From: Candidatus Ozemobacteraceae bacterium
GTDB taxonomy: Bacteria > Muiribacteriota > Ozemobacteria > Ozemobacterales > Ozemobacteraceae
Direction: 5' to 3'
DNA length: 64,000 bases
NCBI GenBank assembly: GCA_965140445.1
Contig: OZ223236.1
Coordinates: forward strand, 4,128,001 to 4,192,000
Position 1 is the first letter of the stretch. Each line of letters starts with the position of its first letter. This document shows, in pieces, positions 47,229-56,782 of this stretch. A program made the translations under genes and the position numbers. The notes beneath the pieces were generated by a model. It was not told the origin of the DNA. It saw nothing but the letters and a program-made list of their open reading frames with translations, and did not search any database.

Positions 47229-48609
47229 CAAAGACCACCGGTATTCCATATTTTACAGCATTGGTTATGTATATATTAAAAGCTTCGTCCAGATCAACCT
47301 TTCTATTTTTAAATTCATCGAGACTTTTTTCTACAAGTCGATATCCAGGGTTGTAGCCAGATAAGAAATTTCTTATTTTTCCAACCACGTATTCCTGTTG
47401 AGTAATCATCCCGGAGTGGGCGGCATTTTTTACCACTACCAGTTTGCAGTTGTCGCCAATTCCACTCTTAATTAGACGGGCATAATTAGCTGGTGTAACG
47501 AAATCAAATTCCCCTACAATCATAAGAGTAGGCACCTTGATCTGGCCAAGTTTTGAAATTACATCGTATCCCGAAAAAGATTTAAAGTGAAAATCGCTCT
47601 GAAAATCTCTTCTCGATAAGTAGATGTATTTTTTCATCCAATCTAGAGTGTATGGATATGAATCAGCCTGCCCGTTCAAGGCAGAAATTTTTGTTTCGTC
47701 AAGCATTTCATAACATTGTACAGAGAGTAGAGTTGGGTTTAACTGGCTGTAGGAAGCTCGATCCATAGCTTCGCGCCTTTTTTTGGCGCCACCAAGCAAT
47801 CGATTTAACAGAGGTGATTCACCCAGTTGGGCAATCTGCTGGGTCATCAAAGCCATATACGATTGCCCATTAAAGGAATATGTTAGCGAAAGAATTACCA
47901 GCAAATACTCATCAGCAGTAATTGTATAAGTTGAATTAACCTGTCCATTTTTAAACTTATCAATGGCTGTAACCATGTAATCAGATAGTCCGGGAAAAGG
48001 ACCGTCATTTAGTAGTTTTATCCCGCCACTGAAGTTCTGATGCATGTTTGTAAAATATGCATTACTTGGGGAGGTATCATGCAAAACCAGTTTTTCAAGA
48101 GAGTCTTGATAGTTAATAGCAAAATAAAGAGCAACCATCCCACCATAAGACTCACCCATAACGCTGATTTTGTCTTTTTTAATGACCTGCTTTCGCAACT
48201 CTTCAATATCTCTGCAAATATTTTCCATTCCAAAACGCCCCAAATCATGGCGCATTAAATTTGCATAATCAAGTTTTGAAGAATTACCGTTACCTCTTTG
48301 ATCAAAGTAGTAAACATCATAATCAGTTCTTAAACTTTGAAGGTAATCTTTTAGGTATTTTCCATTACTGGTAGTCTGATGAAAACCGTCATGTGTACTA
48401 CCAGGGCCGCCATTTATCATAACAATAGCTTTTGGGGAATTGGAGGTAGATTTGAGCTTTTCCCAGTAAATTTCCAGTTTCTGGCTACCTGAAAATTCAT
48501 AGTTTTCCGGTACCTTAATGGTTCCCCATTCATAATCCTTAATACTGGGAATCCCACCAAAGCTAGAAGTTGCAACCAAAATAAAAAATGCCAAAAAAAA
48601 CTTTCGCAC
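47218..48609 (-). CDS. Secreted alpha/beta hydrolase, prolyl aminopeptidase-like (S33)
   Basis: Signal peptide; NGGPG, FDQRGNGNS, GESYGG, GEFD, NAAH. Confidence 0.82.
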   Translation of the reverse strand: MRKFFLAFFILVATSSFGGIPSIKDYEWGTIKVPENYEFSGSQKLEIYWEKLKSTSNSPKAIVMINGGPGSTHDGFHQTTSNGKYLKDYLQSLRTDYDVYYFDQRGNGNSSKLDYANLMRHDLGRFGMENICRDIEELRKQVIKKDKISVMGESYGGMVALYFAINYQDSLEKLVLHDTSPSNAYFTNMHQNFSGGIKLLNDGPFPGLSDYMVTAIDKFKNGQVNSTYTITADEYLLVILSLTYSFNGQSYMALMTQQIAQLGESPLLNRLLGGAKKRREAMDRASYSQLNPTLLSVQCYEMLDETKISALNGQADSYPYTLDWMKKYIYLSRRDFQSDFHFKSFSGYDVISKLGQIKVPTLMIVGEFDFVTPANYARLIKSGIGDNCKLVVVKNAAHSGMITQQEYVVGKIRNFLSGYNPGYRLVEKSLDEFKNRKVDLDEAFNIYITNAVKYGIPVVFDEQ

Positions 48610-48789
48610 TATTCTTCTCTCCCAATTTTGCTTGTCTATAAATTATGTACCTTTTCTGAATATGCGCAAGGAGCAAAACAAATTTGAGCAAGTTCGAAAT
48701 TTTTCGTGTGAATTTCTTTCAGCCATTACCACAGTTTTAATTCTGCTGTAGAAAGGTCTTTAAATCCATTTAGTTGGCTCTAATAAAAT

Positions 48790-48818
48790 TAGACTTGACT
48801 AACTTTTTAAGCTATGCT
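48790..48818 (+). promoter_or_regulatory. Sigma70-type promoter
   Basis: TAGACT (48790-48795), 17 nt, TATGCT (48813-48818). Confidence 0.55.
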
Positions 48819-48824
48819 AATTTT

Positions 48825-48923
48825 TACCTGTTCAATGATTAATTGTTATTTGCTATTAACGATTCAATAATTGATTAAGTATACTCCTTCACACCCGGCT
48901 CGAAAGAACCGGGTTTCTTTTTT
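48825..48923 (+). ncRNA. Candidate small RNA or attenuator leader
   Basis: Lies between the promoter and an orphan terminator; 12-bp AU/GU stem 48836-48847/48866-48877; unpaired ACUCCUUC. Confidence 0.4.
48893..48923 (+). terminator. Intrinsic terminator with no upstream + strand CDS
   Basis: ACCCGG-C-TC-GAAA-GA-A-CCGGGT followed by TTCTTTTTT. Confidence 0.75.
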
Positions 48924-48958
48924 AAGCTTAAGCTCAAATCCGACGGAGAATAAACTTA

Positions 48959-49342
48959 ATGAGCCGCAACAGAGCCATATATGCAGTAATTGTTTTTTTT
49001 ATCATTATATTGGGACTAACATCCCGATCCAGCCATTTTCCAGCAGGAATATTGAAAAACTATTCTGGTGACACTCTCTGGGCAATGATGATCTACACAA
49101 TTTTTGCTTTTTTAAAACCAGAAACAAGTATTAAGCGATTGTTTGTAGTATCCATCTTGTTTTGCTATCTAATAGAAATATCACAGCTCTACCACTCCCC
49201 TGCTATCGATTCTTTGCGGGAAAATCGTTTCGTGGCTTTAGTGCTTGGGCGAGGTTTTCTATGGTCTGACCTGGTTTGCTACTCAATTGGAGTATCACTC
49301 GCCTGCCTATTGGAAACTATAATTTATCGGAAAAGAGAATAA
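48959..49342 (+). CDS. DUF2809 (YjgA-like) membrane protein
   Basis: LGLTSR, YSGDTLWA, IEISQLYH, LVLGRGFLWSDLVCYSIG. Confidence 0.88.
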   Translation: MSRNRAIYAVIVFFIIILGLTSRSSHFPAGILKNYSGDTLWAMMIYTIFAFLKPETSIKRLFVVSILFCYLIEISQLYHSPAIDSLRENRFVALVLGRGFLWSDLVCYSIGVSLACLLETIIYRKRE

Positions 49343-49396
49343 ATCCTTCCCAAAAATAAAATCTGCATCTTACACCAGGACGAATAGACTAAACAT

Positions 49397-49438
49397 AAAA
49401 AGCGAAGTAAATCCCTTTGCGGGAAATACTTCGCCTTT
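49397..49438. terminator. Bidirectional terminator
   Basis: GCGAAGTA-AA-TCCC...GGGA-AA-TACTTCGC between convergent genes. Confidence 0.7.
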
Positions 49439-49459
49439 GCTTTTAAGGCTAAGAGTAAA

Positions 49460-49921
49460 TTATTTTTTCTTTTTGGCTTTTTCTTCAACAATCTGAAGGC
49501 GATTTAAACCATAAGATTCAAATTCTTCTTCAAATTGACCATAAATCTCTGCATAAGCTTCGAATTGCTCATCAAAGTCTTTTGGCAAATCATTTTGGAA
49601 ACGTTTTTCCATGGCTTCTTTTGAAAGACGATCTAACAATTCATCCCAGAAAGTATTTTCTTCGAATTCCTGAATGAATTTTGTAGCCTGAGCTTCTTCT
49701 TCCCAATCGTGATCAGGATAATAATCCTTGGTATCTTCCTGGAAATGAATTTGCTTTTCGCATCCGTTTTCATGGGCAAATTTATAGATTTTCTTAAGCA
49801 ACTTAACGTAGGGTGTCTTTCGATTATCTTCTTCGGCGTCGTTTGAAGTCATAACCCAATCAGACATTACCGCAAGCTCCACAAGTGTTTCTAGTTCTTT
49901 TTTAGTAAGTTTGAATTCCAT
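49460..49921 (-). CDS. Acidic hypothetical protein
   Basis: 153 aa, AAGGAG SD; FWDELLDRLS...YGQFEEEFESYGLNRL. Confidence 0.75.
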   Translation of the reverse strand: MEFKLTKKELETLVELAVMSDWVMTSNDAEEDNRKTPYVKLLKKIYKFAHENGCEKQIHFQEDTKDYYPDHDWEEEAQATKFIQEFEENTFWDELLDRLSKEAMEKRFQNDLPKDFDEQFEAYAEIYGQFEEEFESYGLNRLQIVEEKAKKKK

Positions 49922-50018
49922 TTTAATTCTCCTTGTTGAGAGGCTCGTGACATTATAAATGAATCTAGTGTAAAAAGCTTCTTTTTAAGCAAAATAAGAT
50001 TTATTTGGCCGTTAAAAA

Positions 50019-50585
50019 TTATCTTTTTGGATTTTGTTTTTTGGATGTTTTGGATGTTTTGCCTGGTCCTGCAGGCCTGGCTTGTCTGGTAGCAGACCTT
50101 GCCTTGCCCTGAGGCTTAAATGAGCTTTTTACAGCATTTGAAAGATCAAAGTTTTTCATACATTCTTTTATTTCTGAAATCTTATTATAGTATTTCTGTA
50201 TGTCCAGAACGGGCTTCGCCGAACATTTTAAGGTCATTTTCCCATTCTGAACATCCCCAACCCATCGCAAATGCTTTTCCTGATAAGGCATGAGATTGTC
50301 GGTTTTAAGTATTTTTTCTAATTCGCTAAAAGGAATTGCGTAACAGTCCAGATTATCTTTGCTACGATAAATTATTATAGAAAAATCCTTCTTAAAGCTA
50401 TTTCTATAGTCCTCGATCTGGCCAGGCCAAATATTGAACCAGTATTTTGGCTGGGTCGATAAAATCATATAGTGCCTTTTACCAATTAAATCAGCGTTCT
50501 CATTAATGTAGTTGAAACTCTTGCTCTCAGAATCTTTTATTTTTGGGGCATCTGGAGAATTTGGAAGCTTTTTACCGTTAATCAT
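50019..50585 (-). CDS. Hypothetical protein with basic low-complexity tail
   Basis: 188-aa ORF with AGGA SD. Confidence 0.6.
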   Translation of the reverse strand: MINGKKLPNSPDAPKIKDSESKSFNYINENADLIGKRHYMILSTQPKYWFNIWPGQIEDYRNSFKKDFSIIIYRSKDNLDCYAIPFSELEKILKTDNLMPYQEKHLRWVGDVQNGKMTLKCSAKPVLDIQKYYNKISEIKECMKNFDLSNAVKSSFKPQGKARSATRQARPAGPGKTSKTSKKQNPKR

Positions 50586-50763
50586 AGATTTCCTGTTTAT
50601 TATTTTAAAAATTGTTATGGAACTATTTTATATGCTTCACACTATAACATTTTACTTTCCCCATTTGTTTTTTGATTACACTCTTTCGCATAACATCATT
50701 TTCTACACAGCTGTGATTAATTTTGGTTTATAATTTAAAAAATTAAAATACCACTAGGAAAAA

Positions 50764-52038
50764 ATGTTAAAAAAATTATCGATAAATATTTTGAACGCTT
50801 TTATAGTTCTGCTTCTCCTGGACATATTCTTTTCCGCTGCCGATGCGGTATTGATTTTCGGTTTTAACACTGGTGGCTTTTTCGCGATCAGAGGCCTGAT
50901 TTCGATAGGTCTTGCTTTGTCTTCAATTCTTGCTGCAGGGATTGTTTTTACTTTTGCAGGTCTTCCATGGGCCCCAATATTATTGGGAATCAACCTGGCA
51001 ATCACGAAAATCGTATGGATATCATCCTGCTTCAACCCCACATCGGTTCAGCCAGGTTCAGAGCTAATTGCCAATCTCTTTTTTATAGGGGGCGTTTTAC
51101 TATTTGGCTGGAGGATAAAGCATTTTAATAATCAGTCTAATGTCCTTCTTTCACCTGAGCTTTCATCAGAAATTACCTTCAGGCTTAAACATTCTCTAAA
51201 AATCCTGGCAATTTTTTTCATTGCAGTTATTCCAATTCAAGTTTGTGCGGCTGTTTTTATAGCGGGTTTTCGCCTTTCAGAAAGCACGCATGGGTTCGTT
51301 TATGCAAAACCAGACGGACTCTATGCTATGCAAAGAACCTATAAAAAGCAAAATACCGAACTACAATTAACTGGAATGGTTCATATTGCCTCTGCTGATT
51401 TTTACAAAGGCATAGAAAAAGACCTGGCAGGAGAGAAGACTCTTCTTTTAATGGAGGGCGTGTCTGATAAACAAAAATTAATCACAAACCCACCTGATTA
51501 CGCAGCAATATCGAGTTCGATTGGACTGGACAACCAAAAGAATGAATTTGATATTGACGAGAGCAAGCTAAACATCACCAAAATGAATGCAGACGTTGAT
51601 GTTTCCGATTTTGCATCTTCCACAATTCAGGTCTTAAACCTTATTGGGCAGGCTAAAAATAAAAAGGGATTCAATTTTGAGAGATTCCTGGAGCTGAACC
51701 TGATGGCAGGCAGACCAGAAGTTGCAATGACGCTTTTCAATGACATTCTCACCAAGCGAAATCAAAAGGTAATTGGTTTAATAGATGAAAACACCGGTAA
51801 ATTTAATCGCATTGTCGTCCCATGGGGTGCCTTTCATCTTCCGGAAATTCAGACCTGGGCTCTGGCAAATGGTTTTGTGGCTTTAAAGCAAAAAGAAAGA
51901 CGAGTTTTTAGCTTTAAAACAGTTTTGGCAAGCTTTGTGAATAAAACAGCCAAGAAATTGCCACAAGAGCCTCAAAAAGAAGCAATCATTTCTCCTCCAA
52001 AAATAGAAGATTCAGCCCCGGAGAAAGAAAAACTCTAA
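50764..52038 (+). CDS. Membrane protein with TraB/GumN-like C-terminal domain
   Basis: About five N-terminal TM helices; GMVHIA, LMEGV, RNQ, PWGAFHLPEI. Confidence 0.6.
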   Translation: MLKKLSINILNAFIVLLLLDIFFSAADAVLIFGFNTGGFFAIRGLISIGLALSSILAAGIVFTFAGLPWAPILLGINLAITKIVWISSCFNPTSVQPGSELIANLFFIGGVLLFGWRIKHFNNQSNVLLSPELSSEITFRLKHSLKILAIFFIAVIPIQVCAAVFIAGFRLSESTHGFVYAKPDGLYAMQRTYKKQNTELQLTGMVHIASADFYKGIEKDLAGEKTLLLMEGVSDKQKLITNPPDYAAISSSIGLDNQKNEFDIDESKLNITKMNADVDVSDFASSTIQVLNLIGQAKNKKGFNFERFLELNLMAGRPEVAMTLFNDILTKRNQKVIGLIDENTGKFNRIVVPWGAFHLPEIQTWALANGFVALKQKERRVFSFKTVLASFVNKTAKKLPQEPQKEAIISPPKIEDSAPEKEKL

Positions 52039-52060
52039 ACAACCAGATGGAGCCACGCCA

Positions 52061-52993
52061 ATGGAAATCAAAATACCTGATTCATCAAGCCCCTCCTTTT
52101 TTAATGAACTCATAAATCTGGGACAAATTTTTGAGGAAAAGGTTCGCCCTGGCTGTGAGTTTGACCTGATGCAAAGCCCAAATCATATTTGGGAGCAAAT
52201 TCAAGCCCAAATGCTCGCTAGTTTAGATAAGTTTTGTAATAGCAAAACCTGTCCCAATGGAGTTGAAATGCTTCAATGGTATAATTCCGGAGTTTTTATC
52301 AGAACCAGCACAGTTTCGATAGGATTCGATATTCTTCCTATTCCCAGGTTTTACAATTGGAAAGAACCCGAAAACCTTTCAGAGCAAATTGCCAGCGAGC
52401 TAGACATCTTATGTATCACCCACTCGCATGAAGATCATTTTGATGAAATACTAATAAACAAGATGCTTGATCTAAAAAAGCCAGTATTAATTGACTCCGC
52501 CGCAATCCCCGAAAAAATGAATAAGCTTGATTTCAAAAAATGTGCTGAAAATCAGGTGTTTGATATTAACGAAACAAAATTCTATTCACATAAGGCTTTC
52601 CATGTGTGGAGGGATCATATAGACAGCGTTCCTTTAAGCTATTTTGAAGTGTCGCTACCCAATGGTTTTAACTTTATCTTTAGTGGTGATGCGGACTACA
52701 CAAAGATTTTCTCAAAAACACTCTCAAAAATTGATCTTTTATTTATTCCATGGCGTAACCCCAACAAGCTTTATGAAGATGGGCACCCGGAACAAATAGG
52801 AAACACAATAGACGCGATCGAGATTGCAGAAAAACGCATTTCTCCTGATAAAATAATCCTGGAGCACTATGGAGAGCTGGACCATATTTATAAGGGATTC
52901 AACCATAGTTTTGATCTGGCAGAAAAACTTGTTCAGGAGCTAAAAACGAATACAGAAATTCTATTTTGGGGCAATAGAAAAACATTAAAGTAG
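52061..52993 (+). CDS. MBL-fold metallohydrolase
   Basis: ITHSHEDHFD, AFH, FSGDAD, EHYGELDH. Confidence 0.8.
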   Translation: MEIKIPDSSSPSFFNELINLGQIFEEKVRPGCEFDLMQSPNHIWEQIQAQMLASLDKFCNSKTCPNGVEMLQWYNSGVFIRTSTVSIGFDILPIPRFYNWKEPENLSEQIASELDILCITHSHEDHFDEILINKMLDLKKPVLIDSAAIPEKMNKLDFKKCAENQVFDINETKFYSHKAFHVWRDHIDSVPLSYFEVSLPNGFNFIFSGDADYTKIFSKTLSKIDLLFIPWRNPNKLYEDGHPEQIGNTIDAIEIAEKRISPDKIILEHYGELDHIYKGFNHSFDLAEKLVQELKTNTEILFWGNRKTLK

Positions 52994-53000
52994 CCGAAAG

Positions 53001-53939
53001 TTAGTTTTTCTCAGACAATCCTTCTGGCACGTTTAAGGGCTTTTCATTAGATTTCCTGTTAAATGAAACCAATTTGCCAAGGGACCAAAATCCAGTTGAT
53101 AAAGACGTGCCTGCAAGAATTACAACGCATCCCAAAACCATTTTCAAGGTTATAACTTCGCTGAGAAAGATCCTCCCCCATAGTAGACCAAATACCGGTA
53201 TAAGGAAGGTTACTGCGGTTGCCTGAGCTGGCCCCACTTTTGAAATCAAGCGATAGTAAATAATAAAAGCCCAGCCCGTGCAAATGAACCCCAAAGCGGT
53301 AGCACAAAGCCAGGAAAAAGACGTTGGATTGGTTTTGGGCCAGTAAAAGGAAGCCAGAGGCAGACATACCACCGCTGCTGCTAACAGACTAGCAGTAGCA
53401 ATAACCAAAGGTTCAACATTCTTGAGAAATCGACGGGTATAATTGGCGGAGAAACCATAGCTAAAAGTGGCTATAGTAGCAGCTAGCACCGCAGGCCCCG
53501 TTCCCTCGCCGTTAAATGAAAGTTTATCCCAGACCAGCGACACAACTCCCGAAAAACCAATAATCAATCCAATTATTCGGGACCAGTTAAGGCGCTCTTT
53601 AAGCCATAAAAAGGCAACTATTGCCCCAAACATTGGGACCATAGCATTTAGAATAGAAGCAAACCCTCCCGGAAGATGTAATGTAGCATAGGCCAACAAA
53701 ACAAAGGGAACAGCAGCATTTAATATACCCACAACCAGCATATGCAGTTTATTCTGAGCAAGTTGTTTTACGTTCCCCTGGATAAACAAAACAGACAAAA
53801 GAAATAGGGCAGCAATTCCCATTCTGATCTCTACTAATGGAATAGCGCCAAATTCCGGGGTTGTGTATCTCATAAAAATAAATGAAGCGCCCCAGAAAGA
53901 GCCTAACAGGATAAAATCAAACAAATCTCTTATATTCAC
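53001..53939 (-). CDS. DMT (EamA) family transporter
   Basis: FWGASFIF, ASILNAMVP, GLIIGFSGV, VTFLIPVFGLLWG; two EamA repeats. GTG 53939 preferred, ORF track start 53978. Confidence 0.92.
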   Translation of the reverse strand: MNIRDLFDFILLGSFWGASFIFMRYTTPEFGAIPLVEIRMGIAALFLLSVLFIQGNVKQLAQNKLHMLVVGILNAAVPFVLLAYATLHLPGGFASILNAMVPMFGAIVAFLWLKERLNWSRIIGLIIGFSGVVSLVWDKLSFNGEGTGPAVLAATIATFSYGFSANYTRRFLKNVEPLVIATASLLAAAVVCLPLASFYWPKTNPTSFSWLCATALGFICTGWAFIIYYRLISKVGPAQATAVTFLIPVFGLLWGRIFLSEVITLKMVLGCVVILAGTSLSTGFWSLGKLVSFNRKSNEKPLNVPEGLSEKN

Positions 53940-54115
53940 ACTGACGTCCAACAATAGATTGATGAGTGAATCTAGCATTAAACTTTTAATTTTTCTATTA
54001 ATTTTAGTTTAATCAGTATAAAGAGCTGATTTTTTCTTATTTTCTCTCAAAAAATTTTTACCAAAGCAGCTTTTGCAAATTTCAGCACGCGCAGTAATAC
54101 TTTAAAATATTTTTA

Positions 54116-54144
54116 TTGACTATTTGGCATATGCCAATTACAAT
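54116..54144 (+). promoter_or_regulatory. Promoter with palindromic operator in the spacer
   Basis: TTGACT (54116-54121), 17 nt, TACAAT (54139-54144); perfect palindrome TTGGCATATGCCAA at 54124-54137. Confidence 0.8.
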
Positions 54145-54172
54145 CAAGATAACTTAAAAAAGGGAATACAAA

Positions 54173-54601
54173 GTGAGACCTAAGCGTTGCAGAAAAATTG
54201 GTGGAGATTTCTACTCAGGCGTAATGAAACCTTCGGGGATTCCAAAATGCCAATTGGAAGAGGTTTTTCTATGTCTGGATGAAATTGAAGCCATAAGGCT
54301 TGTAGATCTGGAACAGCTTTACCAATCTGACGCTGCTGAACAAATGCACATCTCGAGGCAAACTCTTGGAAATATCATAAAAAAGGCACATCAGAAAATA
54401 GCTGATGCCCTTATAAATGGTAAAGCACTTAGACTTGAAACACCTAAGGACTCGAGTATGTCCGGACAATTCATGTTCTGCCCAGCTTGCGGTAGCACGT
54501 TTCAAGACGAATCGGTCTGTCCAAGCTGTGATAGCGAAAAGGTTGAGAAAAATGAAAACCTTGATTCAGCAGGGTTTAAAAAAAAGGAGTCCAAAAAATG
54601 A
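54173..54601 (+). CDS. DUF134 (UPF0251) HTH protein with C-terminal zinc ribbon
   Basis: RPKRCRKI, DEIEAIRLVDLEQLYQSDAAEQMHISRQT, AHQKIADALINGKAL; CPAC...CPSC. Confidence 0.92.
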   Translation: MRPKRCRKIGGDFYSGVMKPSGIPKCQLEEVFLCLDEIEAIRLVDLEQLYQSDAAEQMHISRQTLGNIIKKAHQKIADALINGKALRLETPKDSSMSGQFMFCPACGSTFQDESVCPSCDSEKVEKNENLDSAGFKKKESKK

Positions 54602-54963
54602 AAATTGCAATATCAGCAAGTGAAAAGGGATTAAAATCTCCTGTCGACATGCGCTTCGGTCGTGCAAATTTGTTTGTTTGCTATGATACCGATACCAAAG
54701 AAACAACCTATCACAATAACTCTCAAAATCTTAATGCCGCTCAGGGAGCAGGCATACAGGCTGCACAAACAGTCGCAAATCTTGACGTTGCCGCTGTAAT
54801 TACCGGACACTGTGGACCAAAAGCGTTCAAGGTTCTTCAAACAGCTCAAGTAGCCATCTATTATGTAAAAACAGGAATTCCAGTAGAAGAAGCTATTCAA
54901 TTACTGGCAGATGGAAAACTTAGTTTAGCAAAAGGAGCCGACGTTGAAAGCCACTGGGTCTAA
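54598..54963 (+). CDS. NifB/NifX family (dinitrogenase FeMo-cofactor-binding-like) protein
   Basis: MKIAIS, DMRFGRA, AQGAGIQAAQ, TGHCGPKAF. Confidence 0.92.
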   Translation: MKIAISASEKGLKSPVDMRFGRANLFVCYDTDTKETTYHNNSQNLNAAQGAGIQAAQTVANLDVAAVITGHCGPKAFKVLQTAQVAIYYVKTGIPVEEAIQLLADGKLSLAKGADVESHWV

Positions 54964-56782
54964 TTTACAAATAGCTGTTTGTAGCGGAAAAGGTGGAACT
55001 GGAAAAACTGCAGTTGCTCTTAGTCTCGCCTATAGTCTGGGCAAAAGCAAAGAATTTCAGCTTCCGGTAAGGCTTTTGGATGCTGATGTAGAGGAACCTA
55101 ATTCACATCTTTTCTTGTCTCCAGGCTATAATTTAAAATCTGAAGTTGTAGCTGTAAAACCTGAATGGGATATGACAAAGTGCATCGGTTGTGGTAAATG
55201 CGCAAAAAAATGCCGCTATAATGCAATTGCTGTTGTAAAAGGGCAGCCAATTTTGTTTCCGGAACTTTGTCATTCATGTGGAACCTGTGAGGCAATTTGT
55301 CCTTATGATGCCATAAATCTCATCCCCGAAAAGATTGGTGAAATTCATCTGGATGAAAATCTGGAACCATTCAGTTTTGGCATGGGTTTGCTTAAAATTG
55401 GTGAATCGCTTGCGCCTAAAGTCATACAAACTCTCAAAAATCACTCATTGCAGGAAGGCATAACCATTCTTGATGGCCCCCCCGGCTGCGCTTGTTCTGC
55501 TATGACAACGATCAGGGGAGCTTCTGGAGCTTTGCTTGTAACTGAACCAACGAAATTTGGGCATCATGATCTTGAAGCAACATTAAAGCTTTGTGCACAA
55601 CTTTCAATTCCAGTTGCGGTATTAATAAATCGTTCTGATGATGGTGATTCTATAATTGAAGAACTTTGTCGCGAATATTCCATAAAGATTGCAGGAAAAA
55701 TCCCTTTCAGTAGGGATTATGCCACTACTTGCTCAAAAGGAAATATTCTTTCGGCCTCCCATCCAGAAATAGCTCCGATTATGCTTGAAGCTTTTAAAAC
55801 ACTTGTTACGGCTATCCAGGAAAACAATATTCCAGTAGTACCCCAGAAAAGGTCTGAAGTAATACTTCATGACCAACCCATAACACCAGGCTCTGGTAGT
55901 AGTGATTATACTGAAGTTACAATCCTGAGTGGCAAGGGGGGAACTGGAAAAACAACAGTTTCAGCGGCATTTGCATCATTAGCTCCTGACAGAGTGTTTT
56001 CTGATTGCGATGTTGATGCGGCCAACCTTCACCTTTTAATGGGTGGCAAAACATGGATGCGGAAAGAGATTTCTGCTGGTCAAACCGCCCAGATAAATCC
56101 AAGATTATGTAACAACGACGGAAAATGCGCAGAAATGTGTAGTTTCAATGCCATCCACAAAGATCCTCAAACAGGCAAATTTAAGGTTTCAGAAATTGAA
56201 TGTGAAGGTTGCGGACTTTGCTATGAGATATGTCCAACCAAAGCAATCTCAATGATACCAGCAATTACGGGACACCTGATGTCGACCCAGAATAATAAGG
56301 GCTGTCTTATCCATGCAGAACTTGGAACAGGTGCTGAAAATTCTGGGAAACTGGTAACCGTAGTAAGAAACCAGGCCATCGATTATGCCAGGCAAAAAAG
56401 CAAAAAATGGATCATCTCCGATGGTCCACCAGGTATTGCATGCCCTGCAATCGCATCCTTAACGGGTACAGACCATGTAATTATAGTAACAGAGCCATCT
56501 GTAGCAGCAATACATGATTTGAAAAGAATTTTAGATCTGGCAAGGCACTTTGGCCTGAAACCGGAAATAATAATTAATAAATCTGACCTTTATCCATCTG
56601 GCACAGAGACTATAAAAAAACTGGCAAACAACAACAATTACCACGTATTGGGTGAAGTACCCTTCGACGAATCAATAAAAGATTCTCTCAATGAAGGGGT
56701 AGCAATAGTTGATTATAACTCAGGACCAGCATCAATGGCCCTAAAACAAATCTGGAACAGTTTTGAAAGGAACAAATCATGA
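54944..56782 (+). CDS. Tandem-fused MinD-superfamily P-loop ATPases with inserted 4Fe-4S ferredoxin domains (COG1149-like x2)
   Basis: Two SGKGGTGKT Walker A motifs, DADVEEPN and DCDVDAAN, CxxCxxCxxxC clusters, two DGPPG and VTEP motifs. Confidence 0.9.
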   Translation: MKATGSNLQIAVCSGKGGTGKTAVALSLAYSLGKSKEFQLPVRLLDADVEEPNSHLFLSPGYNLKSEVVAVKPEWDMTKCIGCGKCAKKCRYNAIAVVKGQPILFPELCHSCGTCEAICPYDAINLIPEKIGEIHLDENLEPFSFGMGLLKIGESLAPKVIQTLKNHSLQEGITILDGPPGCACSAMTTIRGASGALLVTEPTKFGHHDLEATLKLCAQLSIPVAVLINRSDDGDSIIEELCREYSIKIAGKIPFSRDYATTCSKGNILSASHPEIAPIMLEAFKTLVTAIQENNIPVVPQKRSEVILHDQPITPGSGSSDYTEVTILSGKGGTGKTTVSAAFASLAPDRVFSDCDVDAANLHLLMGGKTWMRKEISAGQTAQINPRLCNNDGKCAEMCSFNAIHKDPQTGKFKVSEIECEGCGLCYEICPTKAISMIPAITGHLMSTQNNKGCLIHAELGTGAENSGKLVTVVRNQAIDYARQKSKKWIISDGPPGIACPAIASLTGTDHVIIVTEPSVAAIHDLKRILDLARHFGLKPEIIINKSDLYPSGTETIKKLANNNNYHVLGEVPFDESIKDSLNEGVAIVDYNSGPASMALKQIWNSFERNKS

